Origin: Planctomycetota bacterium
GTDB taxonomy: Bacteria; Planctomycetota; SZUA-567; H5-PLA8
Reading direction: 5' to 3'
Length of the DNA stretch: 24,498 nucleotides
Assembly: GCA_045863855.1 (NCBI GenBank)
Contig: BTVV01000093.1
Location: forward strand, 1-24,498
Shown one piece after another: positions 17,383-24,498 of this stretch. The position numbers and the translations under genes were made by a program. The notes below the pieces were generated by a model. That model was given only the letters and a program-made list of their open reading frames with translations, was not told the DNA's origin and searched no databases. Each line of letters starts with the position of its first letter. Position 1 is the first letter of the stretch.

Positions 17383-17960
17383 GCGAGAACGAGATCGTCG
17401 GTGTTTGCCTGCTCGTGATACGCGCCCTGGAAGCGCTGGGCATTCCTTACGAATTGGGCGGTTCGATGGCCAGTTCCTTGCTCGGCGCGCCGCGCTCCAC
17501 CCGCGATGCGGACCTGGTGGCCGATCTGTCCCCCGCGCAAGCGCGCACGCTGGCGGAATCGCTTCATCCCGATTTCGTATCGAACGCGGACAGCGCCGCC
17601 AGCGCCGTGGTTCAAGGCCGCTCGTTCAACCTGATTCACTTGGGAACGATGCTGAAGGTCGACATCTTTCCGGTCAAGGCCGGCCTGTACTGGCGTGGCG
17701 AATTTGCACGCCGGCTGCGCATCCGGCTGCCCGGCGACTCCGCGACCGAAGTCTGGTGCACGAGTCCCGAAGACATCGTGCTCAAGAAACTCGTCTGGTA
17801 CCGCGACGGCGGCTCGGTCTCGGAGCGCCAGTGGCAGGATCTGCTGGAAGTTTTGCGCGCACAGCGCGGCCGCCTGGACGAAGGCTATCTGAGCCGCTGG
17901 GCGGACGATCTTGGAGTCGCCGCACTGCTGAAGCAGGCCCAATCCCAGGCCCAAACCTGA
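17379..17960 (+). CDS. Pol-beta-superfamily nucleotidyltransferase-like protein
   Basis: GIPY.LGGS.AS...G.PR.T.DAD motif, then KVDIF, SPEDIVL.KL.WY, S.RQW.D and LD..YL.RWA. Confidence 0.8.
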   Translation: MSENEIVGVCLLVIRALEALGIPYELGGSMASSLLGAPRSTRDADLVADLSPAQARTLAESLHPDFVSNADSAASAVVQGRSFNLIHLGTMLKVDIFPVKAGLYWRGEFARRLRIRLPGDSATEVWCTSPEDIVLKKLVWYRDGGSVSERQWQDLLEVLRAQRGRLDEGYLSRWADDLGVAALLKQAQSQAQT

Positions 17961-17997
17961 TTCGATGCGTTAAGAACCAACCCCGAGGAGCACGACC

Positions 17998-19371
17998 ATG
18001 CCCGCCCAACGCCCCAACGTCATCGTCTTCTTCTCCGACCAGCAGCGCTACGACACCGCCGGCTGCTACGGCGGCCTCGCCAACATCACCCCGCACCTCG
18101 ACGCCATGGCCGCCAGCGGGACCAAATTGGAATACAGCTTCACCGTCCAGCCCGTCTGCGGACCGGCGCGAAGTTGCTTCCAAACCGGGCGCTACGCCGC
18201 CGGACCCCAAGGCACCGGCTGCTGGCGCAACGGGATCGCCCTGCGCGACGACGAACCGCACACCCTGGCGCGCCTCTTTGCCGCGAACGGCTACCGCACC
18301 GGGTACATCGGCAAGTGGCATCTCTTCGAAGAAGGCAAGGACACCATGAACCAGCGCTGGTGGACCGCCCCGGTTCCGCCCCACGCGCGAGCCGGATACC
18401 AGGATTGGTACGGCGCGAACATCCTCGAATTCTTCAGCGAACCTTATGCCTTCCGCGTTCAGGATGCCAACGGCGTCGAAGTCCGCCGCGGCGGCTACCG
18501 CGTCGACGCGCAGACCGACGTGATGCTCGAATACCTCCGCGACAGCGCGCGCCACCAGCAGCCCTTCTTTCTCTTCAACAGCTACATCGAGCCGCACCAC
18601 CAGAACCACATGAACCGCTACTACGGCCCCGAGGGCTCGCGCGAACGATTCAAGAACGCCTGGGTGCCCAACGACCTGCGCAACCATCACGGAAAGGGCG
18701 ACTGGGAGAAGGAATGGCCCGACTACCTGGGCTGCTGCGCCAGCCTCGACGACAACCTCGGGCGCCTGCGCGCGGCCTTGCGGAACTTCGGCCTCGCCGA
18801 AAATACCATCGTCCTCTATTGCAGCGACCACGGCAGCCATTTCCGTCTGCGCAACGGCGAGTACAAGCGCAGTTGCCACGAAGCTTCGATCCGCGTGCCC
18901 TCGGTGATCGAGGGGCCGGGCTTCGAAGGCGGCGTGACCGTCCGCGAACTCGTCAGCCTGCTCGACTGGCCCGCCACGCTCCTCGATGCGGCCGGGATCG
19001 AAGTACCCTCAAGCTATCAGGGGCGCAGCGTGCTCTCGCTCGTCCAAGCCGCGCGCGGCGGACAGGCAGCCCCGGCGTGGCCGCAGGAAGTCTTCGTCCA
19101 GATCAGCGAAAGTCACATCGGCCGCGCGATCCGCACCAAACAGTGGAAATACAGCGTTGGCGCGTCCAAGGACGCCGAGGACGGCGCCGGCGGCGCCAAG
19201 CGCTACGAGGAACAATTCCTCTACGATCTGGCCAAGGACCCGTACGAACAACGCAACCTGATTCAAGATCCGGCGCTGGCGAGCGTGCGCGGCGACCTGC
19301 GCGCGGCGCTCCTGCGAAGGCTGGAAGCGGCCGGCGAAGTGCGGCCGGATATCGTTCCGGCGGCCTCGTAA
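17998..19371 (+). CDS. Sulfatase (formylglycine-dependent, Cys type)
   Basis: RPNVIVFFSDQQR, CGPAR (CxPxR), GYRTGYIGKWHL, SDHG and FLYDL..DPYE..NL; GAGGAG SD. Confidence 0.93.
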   Translation: MPAQRPNVIVFFSDQQRYDTAGCYGGLANITPHLDAMAASGTKLEYSFTVQPVCGPARSCFQTGRYAAGPQGTGCWRNGIALRDDEPHTLARLFAANGYRTGYIGKWHLFEEGKDTMNQRWWTAPVPPHARAGYQDWYGANILEFFSEPYAFRVQDANGVEVRRGGYRVDAQTDVMLEYLRDSARHQQPFFLFNSYIEPHHQNHMNRYYGPEGSRERFKNAWVPNDLRNHHGKGDWEKEWPDYLGCCASLDDNLGRLRAALRNFGLAENTIVLYCSDHGSHFRLRNGEYKRSCHEASIRVPSVIEGPGFEGGVTVRELVSLLDWPATLLDAAGIEVPSSYQGRSVLSLVQAARGGQAAPAWPQEVFVQISESHIGRAIRTKQWKYSVGASKDAEDGAGGAKRYEEQFLYDLAKDPYEQRNLIQDPALASVRGDLRAALLRRLEAAGEVRPDIVPAAS

Positions 19372-19408
19372 AAAAATGAGGGGGCCCCTCGGGGTAAAGG
19401 GGCCCCCT
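19370..19408 (-). terminator. Rho-independent terminator, minus strand
   Basis: 11-bp stem AGGGGGCCCCT/AGGGGCCCCCT followed on the minus strand by CA-T7. Confidence 0.8.
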
Positions 19409-19497
19409 GCGGGAGAATCGGGGGATGCGGGTTATCACCCCCCTAGGGCGCAGAGGAAGCGGACGAGCTTCAGCGGCACTCGCCCGTAAGCTTACAA
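19372..19497 (-). ncRNA. Candidate sigma54-dependent small RNA (about 125 nt)
   Basis: Lies between a -24/-12 motif and an intrinsic terminator; internal hairpins (19461-19468/19478-19485 and a G/C-rich one at about 19420-19443) with CU-rich linkers; no credible ORF. Confidence 0.5.
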
Positions 19498-19508
19498 AGG
19501 TATGTATG

Positions 19509-19523
19509 GCAACCCCAACGCCA
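19509..19523 (-). promoter_or_regulatory. Sigma54 (-24/-12) promoter candidate
   Basis: Minus strand TGGCGTTGGGGTTGC = TGGC-N7-TTGC with correct GG/GC spacing, preceded by an AT-rich region. Confidence 0.55.
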
Positions 19524-19756
19524 CATTGAGCATATTCTTTTCAATGGGATCTGGTATGTATATTATTCACTTATATGGTAAGTGTTTACGAAGATATTAT
19601 GAGCCTATTCTTAGCATTATCCAAGATTCAAGAAGGTGGCATATATCATTCACTTGCTCGAATCTGACGGAGATTGTCATACGCCCTGTATCAATTTGCA
19701 TGGGCTCATGTGCGATGACCGGGAAGTTACACTTTTTGTCGGTCGGCTTAGAGCCG

Positions 19757-20401
19757 CTATGGCGTTTTCGCATCGAAGCGCAGGTAGTGAACCACCGCCG
19801 GCGGTACGTTCAGCGGCACGATGCGGGATTGGAATTCGTAGCGCTTGATAAACCCGCGCACGACATCGCGCACGCCCTTCAAACGCTTGCGCGACTCGCG
19901 GCTGCGAAACGGAGCCTGCAACTCCCGGATCGCCAGATACTCGAAGTAGGTCAGCGTGCCGCCCGGCCGCAGCAGCGCGCGGAAGTGTTCGAAGAACCCT
20001 TCCACTTCTTCGGGCGTGAAATTGTTGAGCGGCAGACCGGACAGGATCGCGTTGTAGCTCGGTTTCGCGGGCAGTTCCCGGACATCGCTCTTAAACACCC
20101 GGATCCTGCGCCGCATCGCTTCGTAGCAGCGGTCGTTCGCGATGCGTTCTTCCAGATGCGCGGCGAAGCGCGGGCTGATCTCGTACAAATCCAGCCGCCC
20201 CTGCCCTTTCAAGTGCCGCACCACCGCTTTGGTGAACGCTCCGGTTCCGGGGCCGACTTCCAGAACCCGGAAGCCGCGCCGAATCGCCGCGGGCTTCGGT
20301 AACGCACGCGCCATCGCCTGAGCCAGAAAGCGGCTGCTCGGCGCGATCGCGCCGGTGGTTTTAAAGTCTTTCATACTCTCGCGCAAAAAGGTAAGCGGCA
20401 T
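19757..20401 (-). CDS. Class I SAM-dependent lipid N-methyltransferase (PmtA/OlsG-like)
   Basis: TGAIAPSSRFLA..M, VLEVGPGTG.FT, ILSGLP..NF, L.PGG...FEY and NVPPA.V. Confidence 0.85.
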   Translation of the reverse strand: MPLTFLRESMKDFKTTGAIAPSSRFLAQAMARALPKPAAIRRGFRVLEVGPGTGAFTKAVVRHLKGQGRLDLYEISPRFAAHLEERIANDRCYEAMRRRIRVFKSDVRELPAKPSYNAILSGLPLNNFTPEEVEGFFEHFRALLRPGGTLTYFEYLAIRELQAPFRSRESRKRLKGVRDVVRGFIKRYEFQSRIVPLNVPPAVVHYLRFDAKTP

Positions 20402-20727
20402 AGGGTTGCAGTTTCGTCTCGATGCCTTGCGCTGCCCGCGGACACGCCATTCGTGAAGCCGTAGATTATGCGCGCCGCCGATTCAAGCCAAGCCAGATTT
20501 CTCCGATCCTGCGCACGGCCCCAGGGTTAGAACTTGTGTTTGAGCAAACCTCCGGTACAAAAATGCACGTGAGCACTCGATCCATCCGTCGCCCCCAGCG
20601 CCTCGAGCTGACCCTGCCGGGCCTCGATCCGGGGTACGCCGCCTAACCGGTCTACCAAGCTCAACCGTAACCGAAATTCTGCCATCGAATCGTTAGTTTC
20701 ATCCTGTGCTTGCTCAGGGAGTCCGTC

Positions 20728-21792
20728 ATGTTTGTCTGGCTTGCCGCCGAGGCGAATATCGTCCACCCGCCTCGCCCCGATACGCCGTTGTGGGCTTGGA
20801 TCGTCTTCGGTCTGCTCGTGCTGGGCATGCTGGCCGTCGACTTATTCGCCTTCAGCCGCAAAGCGCAGACGCGCGGACTGACCCAGGCGGCTGTCTGGTC
20901 GGCGGTCTGGATCGGACTCGCCGGAGTATTCGGCGTGGGCGTGTATTACGTGCGCGGATACGATGCGGCGCTCGAGTACGGCGCCGCCTACCTCGTCGAA
21001 AAGTCCCTCTCCGTCGATAACATCTTCATCTTCCTCGTCATCTTCCGCTACTTCGGCATACCCACCGTCTTCCAGCATCGCGTGCTCTTCTGGGGCATCC
21101 TGGGCGCCCTGATCATGCGCGCGATCATGATCGGCGTCGGCGTACAGCTCATCGAGCACTTCCGCTGGATCCTCTACTTCTTCGCCGCGTTCCTCGCCTT
21201 CACCGGCCTCAAGCTCTTCTTTCACGACGACGCGAACCACGATCCCAGCCAGTCCTGGGCCTTCCGGCTCACGCGCAAATACATCCCCATGACCGAGAGG
21301 ATGGACGGCGAACACTTCTTCGTGATCGAACAAGGCAAGCGGCTCGCCACCCCGCTGTTCCTGGTCCTCGTCGTCGTCGAAGCCACCGACTTGGCCTTCG
21401 CCTTGGACAGCATCCCCGCCTGTCTGGGCATCTCGCATGACCTGTTCGTGATTTACACCTCGAATATCTTCGCGATCCTGGGCTTGCGCGCGCTCTACTT
21501 CCTGCTGGCCGGCGCGATGAGTTCCCTGCGCTTCCTGAAAGCGGCACTCTCGATCATCCTCGTCTACATCGGCGTGAAGATGCTCCTGGCCGAACTTCAC
21601 CACGCCCAGGTGGAGTGGGCCTTCAAGATTCCGACCGCTTGGTCGCTGGCCACGGTGGCCGGGGTGCTCGTCGTCGCGGTCTCCGCTTCCCTGCTCTTTC
21701 CCGCGCCGCCCGCCCCCCACGCGCCGCCCGGGGAACTGCCGTCCTCTGCCGACGCCCCGCCCGCGCCCGGTTCGGCGGAAAAAAACGCCTAA
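20728..21792 (+). CDS. TerC/Alx family membrane protein
   Basis: YLVEKSLSVDNIFIF, QHRVLFWGILGALIMR, ATPLFLVL..VE.TDL.FALDSIPA, YTSNIFAILGLRALYF; AGGGAG SD before ATG 20728. Confidence 0.95.
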   Translation: MFVWLAAEANIVHPPRPDTPLWAWIVFGLLVLGMLAVDLFAFSRKAQTRGLTQAAVWSAVWIGLAGVFGVGVYYVRGYDAALEYGAAYLVEKSLSVDNIFIFLVIFRYFGIPTVFQHRVLFWGILGALIMRAIMIGVGVQLIEHFRWILYFFAAFLAFTGLKLFFHDDANHDPSQSWAFRLTRKYIPMTERMDGEHFFVIEQGKRLATPLFLVLVVVEATDLAFALDSIPACLGISHDLFVIYTSNIFAILGLRALYFLLAGAMSSLRFLKAALSIILVYIGVKMLLAELHHAQVEWAFKIPTAWSLATVAGVLVVAVSASLLFPAPPAPHAPPGELPSSADAPPAPGSAEKNA

Positions 21793-21825
21793 AGCAAAAC
21801 GGCCGGGCGTCTTCGCCCGGCCGTT
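21792..21825 (-). terminator. Intrinsic terminator between convergent TerC and LysM-protease genes
   Basis: 12-bp stem AACGGCCGGGCG-TCTT-CGCCCGGCCGTT, with a U-rich tail on the minus strand. Confidence 0.75.
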
Positions 21826-21848
21826 CCCTGCTTGCCTTAGCGTCCGGT

Positions 21849-23195
21849 TTATCGTGCGGCCGGGATCAGCAGGCGCTGCCCGACACGGATCAGGTTCGGA
21901 TCGTCCAGCGTGTTGGCGGCCAGCAGTTCGCTCAAGCCCAGGTGGTGGCGCTTGGCGATCTTGGTCAGGTTATCCCCGGGCTGAACTTCGTACACCGTGG
22001 GCACCGTCCGCGGCAACTCGGCCTGGACGGCCGGTGCGGCGGCGGCCGGCGCGGGCTCCAAAGCGGGCGGCTGCCGCACTTCGGCATTGGCGGCTTGCGT
22101 TACCGGCACGGGCGCGACTTGGGCCGGCGTGGCGAACTCCAGCGGACTCACCGATTCCGCCGGTTTGCGCACTTCGGCCAGACGCGCTGCGACGGCGGGC
22201 AATGTCACGGCTTCCGCCTCGCGCTTCGCGGGTTGAACCTTCTCGGCCGGGAGGACCCAGCGCGGAGCCTGGTTGGGGCTGGGCGCCGCGGCGCGCGGAT
22301 GCATCGCGACCTCCACCGGAGGCACTTCGGCAACCGGCTGCAGCGTCTGGCCCGGCAACGCCGGAACGCTCGTCACGGCGGGTGCCGTTTGGGCCTGCGA
22401 TGCGGGAGCAGGCGCCGGAACCGGAGCCGATACGGCGGCAGGCGCGGGGCTCGAAAGAGCCGCGACCTGCACCGGAGCCGGCGCGGGAACGGCCGACCCT
22501 CGGCGGTGGTCTTCCAGGAACCCGCGCACGCCCATCAGCGGTACGAAAAGCCCCAGGTTGTGGTCCAGATCGCCATCCTTCGGAATCCCCGCGACGGCGA
22601 CGCCGACCACGTCGCCGGACGAGGCGTCGAAGAGCGGCCCGCCGCTGCAACCGTGATCGAAGGGCAGGCGCGCCGAACTGCGCACCGAGCCTTGGGCAAA
22701 GCGCTTGGTCAGCGAACCTTCGTACAACGCCACCGGCGTGCCTTTGGGCGAACCCGCCAAAGTCACGCGGTCGCCCGGCCGCGCATCGCGGTCGGCCAGG
22801 CGGACCAGCACCGGAAGATCGTCGCCGGCTTCCACGATGCACAGATCCAGGCTCTCGTCGAAGCAGACGACGCGGCAGCGCAGCCAGTAGGTGCGCGGCC
22901 CGTCGACGACTTCGATCTTGAGCGTATCGAAAGGCTGGTCGCGGTCGTCGAGCACGTTATGCGCGGCGCTGAGCAGGTAGCGGCGGCCCGGATAGCCGTA
23001 GGCCGAGAGGTCCGTGCCGAAGGCCGTCCCGTGTCCGGTGATGACGGCGCCGCCTTCCATGCGCTCGTACCGGATGCGCACGGCGGCTCTGAGCATCTCG
23101 TCGCGCGAAGCCGCCTGCACGGTAGCGGCCGGCAGCAGCGCGCCGAACAGCAGCGCCCAGCCCATGAATTGGAAGACCTTGATTCGCCGCGGCAT
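21849..23195 (-). CDS. Secreted trypsin-like serine protease with Pro/Ala linker and C-terminal LysM domain
   Basis: Signal peptide; triad motifs LLSAAHNV, DLCIV and HGCSGGP; LysM YEVQPGDNLTKIAKRH...L.ELLAAN.LDDPNLIRVGQRLLIP; AGGGAG SD. Confidence 0.9.
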   Translation of the reverse strand: MPRRIKVFQFMGWALLFGALLPAATVQAASRDEMLRAAVRIRYERMEGGAVITGHGTAFGTDLSAYGYPGRRYLLSAAHNVLDDRDQPFDTLKIEVVDGPRTYWLRCRVVCFDESLDLCIVEAGDDLPVLVRLADRDARPGDRVTLAGSPKGTPVALYEGSLTKRFAQGSVRSSARLPFDHGCSGGPLFDASSGDVVGVAVAGIPKDGDLDHNLGLFVPLMGVRGFLEDHRRGSAVPAPAPVQVAALSSPAPAAVSAPVPAPAPASQAQTAPAVTSVPALPGQTLQPVAEVPPVEVAMHPRAAAPSPNQAPRWVLPAEKVQPAKREAEAVTLPAVAARLAEVRKPAESVSPLEFATPAQVAPVPVTQAANAEVRQPPALEPAPAAAAPAVQAELPRTVPTVYEVQPGDNLTKIAKRHHLGLSELLAANTLDDPNLIRVGQRLLIPAAR

Positions 23196-23288
23196 GGCAC
23201 TCTCCCTGGTCTATCCCCCGATTAGCGTTATCGGCCAGAGCGCGGCGCCCTATGGAGATAATTCCGCCGCGCGGGCGCCGCGGCGCAT

Positions 23289-23314
23289 AAAAAAAACCGG
23301 GCCTTGCGGCCCGG
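23289..23314 (-). terminator. Rho-independent terminator
   Basis: Minus strand CCGGGCC-GCAA-GGCCCGG-T8, downstream of the 23343 stop. Confidence 0.85.
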
Positions 23315-23342
23315 GTTCGAACGGCCTGTACGTCCAACCGGA

Positions 23343-24197
23343 TCAGTCGATCTGCTTCAGGAAAGCTTCCTGGTCGATCCCCGAATCGCGGATCGTCCGC
23401 GCGAAGGCCGCGACTTCGCCCCACTTCAGCGTGCCCGAGAACTGGCGCATCTTGAAGTAATCGGCCTGCATCGAGCGCAGGTGGTCGAAGTTCGCTTTGT
23501 CCGTCGGCGCCGGCGTGAAGCTCACCACCGCCGCAGGATCGGCCACATGCCCGCCCAGCGCGCTGCGTGCGCCCTGCTTGATCGGCACCATCTGGATATC
23601 CATGGTGCAGTCGATGCAGCGGTAAGCGTTTTCCTTCTTCTCGAAGCGGAACCCCTTGAACGTGGTGAAGAGCACGATCGGCGTATCGCGCTTGTCCGTT
23701 GTCTGAGGCTTGTAGCCGCCCGGCAGCTTGATCCCTTCCAGCAGATGCTCGAGCCCGAAAATCACTCCGCCGATCAAGCGGTCGGTCGCAATCATGTCCT
23801 CGGCGATATTGGTGCTGCTGGTGATCTTCCCGTACGTCCGCGCTTCACCCTGCACCAAGGTCACGCCCAAGCGGTCGTCCTTCTGCAGCGCCTTGAAGAC
23901 GCGCGCGAACTCGCGGCGGTCGACGGGCGGCTTGTAGGTGGCCGTCCCGTTGATGGTGAAGACGTTCTCTTTCTTGTCGTAAACGATCGTCTTCAGCGCT
24001 TCCACGCCGAAGGCGCCTTCTTCGAGCACCACGCCCTTGGGCAGGTCGCGGTAACGCGCTTCGCCGGCCTGAATCGAAGGTAAGTCGGTGCGCGCTTCGA
24101 CCAGCACTTCGGGAGCCGCCCGGTCGGCCGAAAACGCCGGCGCCGCCAGCAAGGCCAGTCCAAGGCACAGACTCAGAATCGTGAATCGCTTGCGCAT
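23343..24197 (-). CDS. Hypothetical secreted protein
   Basis: AAAGGA SD before ATG 24197; signal peptide MRKRFTILSLCLGLALLAAPAFSA; strong GC3 codon bias. Confidence 0.8.
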   Translation of the reverse strand: MRKRFTILSLCLGLALLAAPAFSADRAAPEVLVEARTDLPSIQAGEARYRDLPKGVVLEEGAFGVEALKTIVYDKKENVFTINGTATYKPPVDRREFARVFKALQKDDRLGVTLVQGEARTYGKITSSTNIAEDMIATDRLIGGVIFGLEHLLEGIKLPGGYKPQTTDKRDTPIVLFTTFKGFRFEKKENAYRCIDCTMDIQMVPIKQGARSALGGHVADPAAVVSFTPAPTDKANFDHLRSMQADYFKMRQFSGTLKWGEVAAFARTIRDSGIDQEAFLKQID

Positions 24198-24244
24198 GCT
24201 AAAGTCCTTTCCCTTATAGGCACCAAAACAGAGGTTTGCGAATG

Positions 24245-24273
24245 ACACCGGCCGGCATAGCGCCGGCCGGTGT
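24245..24273. terminator. GC-rich hairpin downstream of the last gene (terminator-like or mRNA-stabilising)
   Basis: ACACCGGCCGGC-N5-GCCGGCCGGTGT; the U-tract is weak on both strands. Confidence 0.5.
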
Positions 24274-24300
24274 TTACGGATCGGATACAGGCCGATGGGC

Positions 24301-24498
24301 TTACTTGGCGGCCTTCGGCATCAGGCTGTCCAGACCCGTGCCCGGAACTTCCTTGTAGCGTTCCTGACCGCAGTCGCACTTGACCAGGCGCCAAACCAGC
24401 TTGGCCGGAGTTTCCAGAACCTGCTTCGTGACCGTTTCCGTCTTGGCCGGAATCTCGACCTTAGTGGCCACTTCGGCAGCCGTCTGGACTTCCTTGCG
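24301..24498 (-). CDS. C-terminus of a protein with IPAxxxTVxKxV-type repeats (truncated by window)
   Basis: Open frame RKEVQTAAEVATKVEIPAKTETVTKQVLETPAKLVWRLVKCDCGQERYKEVPGTGLDSLMPKAAK-stop; not in the ORF track because its start lies outside the window. Confidence 0.75.
   Translation of the reverse strand, partial: RKEVQTAAEVATKVEIPAKTETVTKQVLETPAKLVWRLVKCDCGQERYKEVPGTGLDSLMPKAAK

Noticed and set aside
19502..20302. 266-aa plus-strand ORF spanning the AT-rich region
   Set aside because: Mostly antisense to the methyltransferase, with chimeric composition and no recognisable motif.
21615..23225. 536-aa plus-strand ORF and other long ORFs over the LysM protease
   Set aside because: Antisense or alternate-frame shadows of a well-supported gene.

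Overview
GC-rich bacterial chromosomal window, most likely from a Planctomycetota-type organism (inferred from a membrane-anchored Ser/Thr kinase, a PA14 protein with a Cys-rich N-terminus, a sulfatase and an OlsG/PmtA-like methyltransferase). It holds about 21 protein genes: partial kinase, panE-like reductase, a low-GC membrane protein, Gfo/Idh/MocA oxidoreductase, GNAT-like acyltransferase, STAS protein, MazG-like pyrophosphatase, PA14 protein, TPR protein, MauE/DoxX, a heparinase II/III-like protein, a solitary trpB, sulfatase, methyltransferase, TerC, a trypsin-LysM protease and several hypotheticals. trpB is flanked by two putative toxin-antitoxin-like pairs: a degraded zeta-like ATPase with its small partner, and a nucleotidyltransferase with its small partner. 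No rRNA, tRNA, CRISPR array or transposase was seen. The most striking signals are non-coding. (1) A stand-alone, densely base-paired minus-strand element of about 455 nt (about 2790->2332) has its own intrinsic terminator. It carries a 17-nt stretch complementary to the canonical 16S rRNA 3' end, locked in a long stem in front of a 16-aa sORF. (2) A candidate sigma54-dependent sRNA of about 125 nt lies on the minus strand (about 19497->19372).
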